Shown piece by piece: positions 51,101-62,329 of a stretch of DNA of 64,000 nucleotides. Made by a program: the position numbers and the translations under genes. This stretch comes from Veleropilina oligotropha. Lineage: Eukaryota. The notes beneath the pieces are model-generated. The model did no database searches. It was not told the DNA's origin and saw only the letters and a program-made list of their open reading frames with translations. The DNA lies in the NCBI GenBank assembly GCA_048128005.1, contig JBEUKZ010000079.1, positions 62,001-126,000 of the forward strand, in the 5' to 3' direction. Numbering within the stretch: position 1 is the first letter of the stretch; every line of letters begins with the position of its first letter.

Positions 51101-54100
51101 CGTCGGTTTGTCGGCCATCTTGGATTACGTCATAAACTAGCTTCTTTTATAACTTTGTTAATATTTAACCTAGAGCGACATGATTTATATATTCAGATGC
51201 CAAAGTCGCTTGTCTAAAATCTTATCAAAGCGGATTTTTGAATTTTTAAATTAACCGGCGGCCATACTGAAATCAATTTCAAATGGCTATATCTTGGAAA
51301 TGATGCAACGTAGACCCATGGTTACTATGGGGAGCCTATGGGAAGTCATGGGTGGGCTTTCGAAAATGACCTTGACCTTTGACCTCAGGTGACCTACATT
51401 GCAGGAAATGACCTAATTAATGAAAAATGCATACATGTGTGCCCATAGTGGTTGAAGTGAACTACTATTGATGTCTGTAGTCGACATTTATCAAATTTAC
51501 GTGATAAAATCGAAAAACAGGAAGTGCCTCGGCGGCCATTGAAGCATTTGTTTCAAGTGGCAATATATCAAAAAGGATGCACCGCAGACACATAGTTACT
51601 ATGGGGAGCCTATGGGAAGTCATGGTTCATCTTTCACATGTGACCTTGACCTTTGACCTCAGTTGACCTACATTGCAGTAAATGACCTAATTAAGGAAAA
51701 CGCCCTATTTTTGCCAGAAAATGGTCACGAAATGGCCAACTCGGTTAATATTGATGCTAGAGCTTAGATATTTTGAATGGAAATAATAAAAAAATTCGAA
51801 AAACTTTCCATTTTTTTTTAAAAATTTAAAAAAAATCTAAAATAATTAGAATATCCAGGAATATAACTTGGAGCCCTATACAGCTGCTAGCAGCTTTAAT
51901 TCTTATTATTATTATTCTCCGGAAGTTGTGTCAGGCCTAGCGCCTAAACTGCTATAGCTGCATAGTTGTAAGTTGCCATATAGTTAGTACTGTAGCTGAA
52001 TTGATGCATACAACTTTTTGAGTCACATGACTGCGTCGGTTTGTCGGCCATCTTGGATTACGTCATAAACTAGCGTCGTTTATAACTTTGTTAATATTTA
52101 ACCTAGAGCGACATGATTTATATATTCAGATGCCAAAGTCGCTTGTCTAAAATCTTATCAAAGCGGATTTTTGAATTTTGAATTTAACCGGCGGCCATAG
52201 TGAAATCAATTTAAAATGGCTATATCGTGGAAATGATGCAACGTAGACCCATGGTTACTATGGGGAGCCTATGGGAAGTCATGGGTGGGCTTTCGAAAAT
52301 GACCTTGACCTTTGACCTCAGGTGACCTACATTGCAGGAAATGACCTAATTAAGGAAAAATGCATACATGTGTGCCCATAGTGGTTGAAGTGAACTACTA
52401 TTGATGTCTGTAGTCGACATTTATCAAATTTACGTGATAAAATCGAAAAACAGGAAGTTCCTCGGCGGCCATTAAAGCATTTGTTTCAAGTGGCAATATA
52501 TCAAAAAGGATGCACCGCAGACACATAGTTACTATGGGGAGCCTATGGGAAGTCATGGTTCATCTTTCACATGTGACCTTGACCTTTGACCTCAGTTGAC
52601 CTACATTGCAGGAAATGACCTAATTAAGGAAAAATGCATACATGTGTGCCCATAGTGGTTGAAGTGAACTACTATTGATGTCTGTAGTCGACATTTATCA
52701 AATTTACGTGATAAAATCGAAAAACAGGAAGTGCCTCGGCGGCCATTAAAGCATTTGTTTCAAGTGGCAATATATCAAAAAGGATGCACCGCAGACACAT
52801 AGTTACTATGGGGAGCCTATGGGAAGTCATGGTTCATCTTTCACATGTGACCTTGACCTTTGACCTCAGTTGACCTACATTGCAGTAAATGACCTAATTA
52901 AGAAAAACGCCCTATTTTTGCCAGAAAATGATCACGAAATGGCCAACTCGGTTAATATTGATGCTAGAGCTTAGATATTTTGAATGGAAATAATAAAAAA
53001 ATTCGATCTAAAAACTTTCAATTTTTTTTATAAAATTTAATTGTTTTTTAAAAAAATCCTAAAATTTTTAGAATATCCAGGAATATAACTTGGAGCCCTA
53101 TACAGCTGCTAGCAGCTTTAATTCTTATTATTCTTATTATTATTCTCCGGAAGTTGTGTCAAGCCTAGCGCCTAAACTGCTATAGCTGCATAGTTGTAAG
53201 TTGCCATATAGTTAGTACTATAGCTGAATTGATGCATACAACTTTTTGAGTCACATGACCGCGTCGGTTTGTCGGCCATCTTGTATTACGTCATAAACTA
53301 GCTTCTTTTATAACTTTGTCAATATTTAACCTAGAGCGACATGATTAGTATATTCGGATGCCAGAGTCGTTTGTCAAAAATGTCATGAGAGTGGATTTTT
53401 GAATTTTTAATTTAACCGGCGGCCATAGTGAAATCAATTTAAAATGGCTATATCTTGGAAATGATGCAACGTAGACCCATGGTTACTATGGGGAGCCTAT
53501 GGGAAGTCATGGGTGGGCTTTCGAAAATGACCTTGACCTTTGACCTCAGGTGACCTACATTGCAGGAAATGACCTAATTAAGGAAAAATGCATACATGTG
53601 TGCCCATAGTGGTTGAAGTGAACTACTATTGATGTCTGTAGTCGACATTTATCAAATTTACGTGATAAAATCGAAAAACAGGAAGTGCCTCGGCCGCCAT
53701 TAAAGCATTTGTTTCAAGTGGCAATATATCAAAAAGGATGCACCGCAGACACATAGTTACTATGGGGAGCCTATGGGAAGTCATGGTTCATCTTTCACAT
53801 GTGACCTTGACCTTTGACCTCAGTTGACCTACATTGCAGTAAATGACCTAATTAAGAAAAACGCCCTATTTTTGCCAGAAAATGGTCACGAAATGGCCAA
53901 CTCGGTTAATATTGATGCTAGAGCTTAGATATTTTGAATGGAAATAATGAAATTTACGAAAACTTTCAATTTTTTTTAAAAATAATGTTGTTTTTTTAAA
54001 TTCTAAAATTTTTAGAATATCCAGGAATATAACTTGGAGCCCTATACAGCTGCTAGCAGCTTTAATTAGGGCTCCAAAAATTTTTTTTGGGAGACCTATT

Positions 54101-55084
54101 GTTTTTATATTTATTTTTATTCTTCTTATTATTATTATTATTATTATTATTCTCCGGAAGTTGTGTCAGTCCTAGCGCCTAAACTGCTATAGCTGCATAG
54201 TTGTAAGTTGCCATATAGTTACTACTATAGCTGAATTGACGCATACAACTTTTTGAGTCACATGACCGTGTCGGTTTGTCGGCCATCTTGGATTACGTCA
54301 TAAACTAGCTTCTTTTATAACTTTGTTAATATTTAACCTAGCGGGACATGATTAGTATATTCGGATGCCAGAGTCGCTTGTCAAAAATGTCATGAGAGTG
54401 GATTTTTGAATTTTTAATTTAACCGGCGGCCATACTGAAATCAATTTAAAATGGCTATACCTTGGAAATGATGCAACGTAGACCCATGGTTACTATGGGG
54501 AGCCTATGGGAAGTCATGGGTGGGCTTTCGAAAATGACCTTGACCTTTGACCTCAGGTGACCTACATTGCAGGAAATGACCTAATTAAGGAAAAATGCCT
54601 ACATGTGTGCCCATAGTGGTTGAAGTGAACTACTATTGATGTCTGTAGTCGACATTTATCAAATTTACGTGATAAAAGCGGAAAACAGGAAGTGCCTCGG
54701 CGGCCATTAAAGCATTTGTTGCTAGTGGCAATATATCAAAACGGATGCACCACAGACACATAGTTACTATGGGGAGCCTATGGGAAGTCATGGTTCATCT
54801 TTCACATGTGACCTTGACCTTTGACCTCAGTTGACCTACATTGCAGTAAATGACCTAATTAAGAAAAACGCCCTATTTTTGCCAAAAAATGGTCACGAAA
54901 TGGCCAACTCGGTTAATATTGATGCTAGAGCTTAGATATTTTGAATGGAAATAATAAAAAAATTCGATTTAAAAACTTTCAATTTTTTTTAAAAATTTAA
55001 AAAAAAATTAAAAAAATTCTAAAATTTTTATAATATCTAGGAATATAACTTGGAGCCCTATACAGCTGCTAGCAGCTTTAATTA

Positions 55085-58000
55085 TTATTATTATTATTAT
55101 TCTGACGTTTTTTGTAAACACTTTAGCGCAAAAACGGCTATAGCTGCATAGTTGTAAGTTGCCATATAGTTAGTACTATAGCTGAATTGATGCATACAAC
55201 TTTTTGAGTTACATGACCGCGCCGGTTTGTCGGCCATCTTGGATTACGTCATAAACTAGCTTCTTTTATAACTTTGTTAATATTTAACCTAGCGGGACAT
55301 GATTAGTATATTCGGATGCCAGAGTCGCTTGTCAAAAATGTCATGAGAGTGGATTTTTGAATTTTTAATTTAACCGGCGGCCATAGTGAAATCAATTTAA
55401 AATGGCTATAGCTTGGAAATGATGCAACGTAGACCCATGGTTACTATGGGGAGCCTATGGGAAGTCATGGGTGGGCTTTCGAAAATGACCTTGACCTTTG
55501 ACCTCAGGTGACCTACATTGCAGGAAATGACCTAATTAAGGAAAAATGCATACATGTGTGCCCATAGTGGTTGAAGTGAACTACTATTGATGTCTGTAGT
55601 TGACATTTATCAAATTTACGTGATAAAATCGAAAAACAGGAAGTGCCTCGGCGGCCATTAAAGCATTTGTTTCAAGTGGCAATATATCAAAAAGGATGCT
55701 CCGCAGACACATAGTTACTATGGGGAGCCTATGGGAAGTCATGGTTCATCGTTCACATGTGACCTTGACCTTTGACCTCAGTTGACCTACATTTCAGTAT
55801 ATGACCTAATTAAGGAAAACGCCCTATTTTTTCCAGAAAATGGTCACGAAATGGCCAACTCGGTTAATATTGATGCTAGAGCTTAGATATTTTGAATGGA
55901 AATAATAAAAAAATTCGATCTAAAAACTTTCAATTTTTTTTAAAAAATTTTAAAAAAATTTGAAAAAATCCTAAAATTTTTAGAATATCCAGGAATATAA
56001 CTTGGAGCCCTATACAGCTGCTAGCAGCTTTTATTAGACTTAGTTTTTTTAGATGAATATTGCTTCATAGCGCCTCTAAAAATCGTCCTTTTTCTTCCAG
56101 ATTTTCGCATAAAATATACTATATAAAGATCGTTATATTAGAGAATTGTGACAAGAATACAATAAGTACTTTCATTGTTTAAAAAATACTATTTTAATTC
56201 CTCGTCTCATGTCGGCGCAACCAGCTCAGTGCTAATTGCCTTACCAGATGAAGTAGGCAGTTTATGAGCCTGCCTCTTTGAGGTGTCATAAAGCCGCGCA
56301 GCAACCCTGTCCAGTGGACAGCAAGGCCCTTCAGAAGTTCTGCTATCAGGCTTAAGTAAACATTTAGCCAACAGAAGGCTACATGATTCATTAACTGTTA
56401 ATATATGGTGAAAACATTGATATTCTGTTGGTCAGTCCAGTTGCGCATTCATTATTATAGATACTTCTTAATTTCCATCATAGGTTAATGCACAAGATAA
56501 TAGATTTAAAAACTACTATACGGCGTAGAAATCTAAGATTGGCGGCATTCGATTCAGAGTGGCCATATGTATATCTTAAAATATAAAAAAAAATTTTTTA
56601 CATTTAGTATTTTTTGTAATTTTTTTTTTTTTAAATTAAACTTTTTTATTTTTTTGTATTTTACGTCTTTTTTTTATTTCGTTTATCTGATTGAAGCCCT
56701 CACAGCTGCTCGCAGCTTTAATTATTATTATTATTCTGACGTTTTTTGTAAACACTTTAGCGCAAAAACGGCTATAGCTGCATAGTTGTAAGTTGCCATA
56801 TAGTTAGTACTATAGCTGAATTGATGCATACAACTTTTTGAGTCACATGACCGCGCCGGTTTGTCGGCCATCTTGGATTACGTCATAAACTAGCTTCTTG
56901 TATAACTTTGTTAATATTTAACCTAGCGGGACATGATTAGTATATTCGGATGCCAGAGTCGCTTGTCAAAAATGTCATGAGAGTGGATTTTTGAATTTTT
57001 AATTTAACCGGCGGCCATAGTGAAATCAATTTAAAATGGCTATAGCTTGGAAATGATGCAACGTAGACCCATGGTTACTATGGGGAGCCTATGGGAAGTC
57101 ATGGGTGGGCTTTCGAAAATGAACTTGACCTTTGACCTCAGGTGACCTACATTGCAGGAAATGACCTAATTAAGGAAAAATGCATACATGTGTGCCCATA
57201 GTGGTTGAAGTGAACTACTATTGATGTCTGTAGTTGACATTTATCAAATTTACGTGATAAAATCGAAAAACAGGAAGTGCCTCGGCGGCCATTAAAGCAT
57301 TTGTTTCAAGTGGCAATATATCAAAAAGGATGCTCCGCAGACACATAGTTACTATGGGGAGCCTATGGGAAGTCATGGTTCATCGTTCACATGTGACCTT
57401 GACCTTTGACCTCAGTTGACCTACATTGTAGTATATGACCTAATTAAGGAAAACGCCCTATTTTTCCCAGAAAATGGTCACGAAATGGCCAACTCGGTTA
57501 ATATTGATGCTAGAGCTTAGATATTTTGAATGGAAATAATAAAAAAATTCGATCTAAAAACTTTCAATTTTTTTTAAAAATTTTTAAAAAAATTTGAAAA
57601 AATCCTAAATTTTTTAGAATATCCAGGAATATAACTTGGAGCCCTATACAGCTGCTAGCAGCTTTTATTAGACTTAGTTTTTTTAGATGAATATTGCTTC
57701 ATAGCGCCTCTAAAAATCGTCCTTTTTCTTCCAGATTTTCGCATAAAATATACTATATAAAGATCGTTATATTAGAGAATTGTGACAAGAATACAATAAG
57801 TACTTTCATTGTTTAAAAAATACTATTTTAATTCCTCGTCTCATGTCGGCGCGACCAGCTCAGTGCTAATTGCCTTACCAGATGAAGTAGGCAGTTTATG
57901 AGCCTGCCTCTTTGAGGTGTCATAAAGCCGCGCAGCAACCCTGTCCAGTGGACAGCAAGGCCCTTCAGAAGTTCTGCTATCAGGCTTAAGTAAACATTTA

Positions 58001-58368
58001 GCCAACAGAAGGCTACATGATTCATTAACTGTTAATATATGGTGAAAACATTGATATTCTGTTGGTCAGTCCAGTTGCGCATTCATTATTATAGATACTT
58101 CTTAATTTCCATCATAGGTTAATGCACAAGATAATAGATTTAAAAACTACTATACGGCGTAGAAATCTAAGATTGGCGGCATTCGATTCAGAGTGGCCAT
58201 ATGTATATCTTAAAATATAAAAAAAAAATTGTTACATTTAGTATTTTTTGTAATTTTTTTTTTTTTAAATTAAACTTTTTTATTTTTTTGTATTTTACGT
58301 CTTTTTTTTTTTCGTTTATCTGATTGAAGCCCTCACAGCTGCTCGCAGCTTTAATTATTATTCTTATT
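55085..58368 (+). repeat. Tandem duplication of a C/A chimeric unit, period ~1634 bp
   Basis: Near-identical ORFs at 56194 and 57828 and identical chimeric junctions. Confidence 0.85.
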
Positions 58369-58527
58369 CTGACGTTTTTTTGTGGGCACTTTAGCGCGAA
58401 AACGGCTATAGCTACAGCTTTCAAAATTCATGTGTGCTTGGGCACATCATTGAAGCATTGCCTCGTTCTATTTTCAAGTTTCGGGATTTTATGCTTTGGT
58501 CGTAATCTTCAATTTTGTAAAAAAAAT

Positions 58528-58857
58528 ATGACCTCTTTTCAAAAACGATATAAGTCTTACACGGCTTTCGAGATCGAGACAAAATCTTCAAAGGCATGAT
58601 CTAGACTATTGAGACAACAATCTCCTGGAAATGAAATTTTCATTTTTTCAATGCTAAGATCGCTACGGGCGTCCTAATCTTGACAAAATTAAAAATGACC
58701 TCTTTTCAAAAACGATATAAGTCTTACACGGCTTTCGAGATCGAGACAAAATCTTCAAAGGCATGATCTAGACTATTGAGACAACAATCTCTTGGAAATG
58801 AAATTTTCATTTTTTCAATGCTAAGATCGCTACGGGCGTCCTAATCTTGACAAAATT
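58528..58857 (+). repeat. Two tandem copies of a 167-bp unit
   Basis: ATGACCTCTTTTCAAAAACG...CTTGACAAAATT at 58528 and 58695. Confidence 0.9.
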
Positions 58858-59317
58858 GTGAAGTTTTTTCAATTTTTCATTTCTGCAGTATCTTTCAATG
58901 CACTCCACGAAATCTTTCCAATCTTCCAGGGTGAGTGCGCATCGATATCAAGTAATGTTTGCCGCAAAATTTTAGCCAATAAATGCCATGGTTTCGTCGC
59001 AATCTTTGATTTTTTGAAAACATTAAAATGCGCTTTTCTCAGAACTGAGTAGCGTGATCTTATCGACACTTGGTAGTTTTGACAAAGCATTATATCGGTA
59101 TATGTTGTTCTAATGGAATACTTTGTGAGACAAATTAAAAAGGAGTTATGAAGACATTAAATTTAATATTAAATTGACTGTAACTTCTTTAATTTTCATT
59201 TATATGAAACGTGACGCAATTCATTTTATTCGTATCGAAAATATCTAATGTAATATCTATAGAATACATCGCTAAAATGAGTTGCTTGAGAGTAATTAGA
59301 CTTAGTTTTTTTAGATG

Positions 59318-60580
59318 AATATTGCTCCATAGTGCCTCTAAAAATGGTCCTTTTTCTTCCAGATTTTCGCATAAAATATACTATATAAAGATCGTTATAT
59401 TAGAGAATTGTGACAAGAATACAATAAGTACTTTCATTGTTTAAAAAATACTATTTTAATTCCTAGTCTCATTTCGGCGCGACCAGCTCAGTGCTAATTG
59501 CCTTATCAGATGAAGTAGGCAGTTTATGAGCCTGTCTCTTTGAGGTGTCATAAAGCCATGCACCAGGTCTTCTGGGGTTGTTGTATATCAGTGTCTTTAG
59601 CATGTAATTAAAACTAATTAATGATATTACTTGTGCCCACATGAGACCATTGGGCTATCAGGGATCAAAGCAAAGACAAGCAGCAATACACCACCAGTGT
59701 AATAAGATAATACGATTGGTCTAAGTGCATTCAGAAGAACAAATATATTGTGATTAAACACTCTCATATATGAAATTATCTTGAATGAACATTTACCTAA
59801 TGATAAGATAAAAACTACGCATGCTAATTTACAGATAATTTAGCATGTGGCAAACAAAAACATCTTGTAACAGCAAGCAAGAAATAGAAAGTTTTAGTCG
59901 CGAACAGTTCCCTTAAACAATTCTGGTTCTGTATACTTAACTATTGAATCGAAAACATAACCCGTTTAAATAACTGTAATTGACCCCAACAAAATAAACA
60001 CAGGCAAAGCTTCATTGCGTATAGTTATCAGACACGCGCTTACCGATTCTGTACAATTCGGGATACATCCAACATACATAATATATTAATAACTTGTGCA
60101 CAATTCACGAATGTTATCTAATTAAAATTAGTCAGGCCCGTTCCTTCTTTATTTGATGTGCTATTTATAATTATATATATAATACCCAGCTAGTATTTTT
60201 AATAAATTTATAACTATAATTATGCCATAGCATAATTTAAATTACAAATGCCTTCCGTTTCCAAGTAGCCCACATTTATTATTACCTGTAGTAGTAGGCC
60301 TAAGATGGAATTGTTTCAGTTTGGCCTGCATAACATGGCCAATATTGCTCCATAGTGCCTCTAAAAATGGTCCTTTTTCTTCCAGATTTTCGCATAAAAT
60401 ATACTATATAAAGATCGTTATATTAGAGAATTGTGACAAGAATACAATAAGTACTTTCATTGTTTAAAAAATACTATTTTAATTCCTAGTCTCATTTCGG
60501 CGCGACCAGCTCAGTGCTAATTGCCTTATCAGATGAAGTAGGCATTTTATGAGCCTGTCTCTTTGAGGTGTCATAAAGCC
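59318..60580 (+). repeat. 240-bp direct repeats flanking a 783-bp unique insert
   Basis: 59318-59557 matches 60341-60580. Other C copies (56057-56295, 57690-57929) have one copy and no insert. Confidence 0.88.
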
Positions 60581-61539
60581 GCCTGCCAACCCTGTCCAGT
60601 GGACAGCAAGGCCCTTGAGAAGTTCTGCTATCAGGCTTAAGTAAACATTTGATAATGAAGTGAAATGGTCTTAATTATGCACGACCTCAGTCTGAGCGAT
60701 GGAGTACCTCACCACTGGACACTGATTATTTATGACAACTGATTATTTAATTTAAATTCAAATTAACAAAAATGCAATCTATTTTGCATAATTTTTTGCT
60801 TAATTGTCACATGAATTAGAAGCCTGATAACGCCGGAAACAGCATTTCATAGCATCTAGGTTTCAAAATTTCCCGGCCCCCCCCTAGCACTTTCGGCGTA
60901 GAAATCTAAGATTGGCGGCATTCGATTCAGAGTGGCCATATGTATATCTTAAAATATAAGAAATATTTTTTTAAATTTAGTATTTTTTTGCAATTTTTTT
61001 TTTTAAAATTAAACTTTTTTATTCTTTTGTATTTTACGTCTTTTTTTTATTTCGTTTATCTGATTGAAGCCCTCACAGCTGCTCGCAGCTTTAATTTTAT
61101 CTTGATATTGTAAACTTAATATTCAGATTTATCAAAAACAATCTCTTATAGAATTACTGAAACTACTGCAAATATATCGATATATTTTTTACAAATATGA
61201 TTAACGTTGATTGGCTAAGTGTTATCGTCATTGCTGAAATCTCAGAAATTTTGTGAAATAGTCCAGTAGAAATTGCATGATTTGGGGTTAACCTAGACAT
61301 TTTTGATAACAGACGTGTTTATGTTCTAAAGTGACCACAAATATGTATTGAATGGTCAATAAAATTCAACAAAATTCAACATTGTGGAAATTGATAATTT
61401 TGGTGGTTTTCCACACCTACCCCCCACGACGTTTTTGGTGATTTTTTAGTGTGGTCTCAATAAACCGAGTGTCATTGGCACTATTCAATTGGGGTTATCA
61501 CTCCTTTTAGGAGTGTGATTTAACGTACATGCACTGTTG

Positions 61540-62140
61540 TTATCTTCGCCAATGAGGTTATATTTTTGTTGTGTCTGTTTGTTCGTTTATTTGTGTATTT
61601 CTACGTTTGTCTGTGTGTTAGCAGGATTATAGCCCTACTGCGGTGAAAGTTTGAGGACGGATGGGTCGTGGGACAAGGACAAATTTTTTTACATTTTGGT
61701 GATGATTCAGATCTGGATCCAAATATTATGACGTCATTATCATGTGTTCGGTATGTTTCTTTATATAATATTAAGCATGAATATGGAAAAATAAAGACAG
61801 ATTTTGGTGAAATTTTGTGAACGTATTTTCATTGGGCTAAGCACCATTCCCTAAAAAATTGTTTATAATCCGGATATTATGACGTCATAATCATGATTTT
61901 GGCCTGTTTCTGTATCTGTTAGCAGGATTACGCTAAAATGTATGTACAGATTTCAGTGAAGTTTTGGAGCGATTGATTTTGTGTAAACGACCAATCCATT
62001 ACATTTTAGTAGTGAAATGATCGGTATCGTGATACTATGACGTCATAGTCATGTATTTTGGTCTGTCAGATTTCGGTATAATTGCGTGGAGAGTTTTCTT
62101 CGATCCAGAGCCGATGCTATATGGCGTCATATCGAATTCT
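61540..62140 (+). mobile_element. Degenerate interspersed repeat, probably another HINE-like family
   Basis: TTATCTTCGCCAATGAGGTTAT head-like sequence, GTTT/GTCT microsatellite, repeated TGTTAGCAGGATTA and TATGACGTCAT modules. No clear 3' end. Confidence 0.45.
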
Positions 62141-62329
62141 TTTTTATGCTTCTGCTCTAGCGTGAGTGGTTGAATGTCGAGACTTCTGTCCCGAACCTTC
62201 GTGTTATTTATCGACTTCACAATCAAATGATATGTGGCCGGTCCGTTTTCACACATTATTATTATCAGGTTCACTGTTTTACGCCAACGCGCCCGGGGCA
62301 ACAGAATAAACATCAGAATCACCCTCTGC

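Larger units (their letters stand above)
7068..61096 (+). repeat. ~54-kb head-to-tail/nested array of non-autonomous Helentron-like (HINE/DINE-1-like) elements
   Basis: About 40 3' ends (TTGGAGCCCTA or TTGAAGCCCT subTIR followed by AGCTGC-TA/TC-GCAGCT hairpin and TTAATT) and about 30 5' heads (TAGGGCTCCAA or TAGGGCTTCAAG plus an adjacent partial inverted copy), counted by eye. An (ATT)n tract follows each head. All copies are in the same orientation with no real coding capacity. Confidence 0.88.
58369..61096 (+). mobile_element. Subfamily-C element body and tail, closing the array
   Basis: Body starts CTGACGTTTTTTG after (ATT)n and is largely unrelated to the A body. Tail TTGAAGCCCTCAC-AGCTGCTCGCAGCT at 61064-61090. 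Related chimeric copies lie at ~55102-56723 and ~56736-58356. Confidence 0.75.

Noticed and set aside
7068..61096. Short ORFs in the array (MNGNNKKIR..., MTSHRLPIV..., poly-I/N ORFs)
   Set aside because: Translations of repeat, poly-A/T and (ATT)n sequence, mostly with non-ATG starts and frames that vary among copies.
7068..61096. CRISPR-like array
   Set aside because: No unique spacers between repeats and no cas genes. Units are ~1 kb and the context is eukaryotic.
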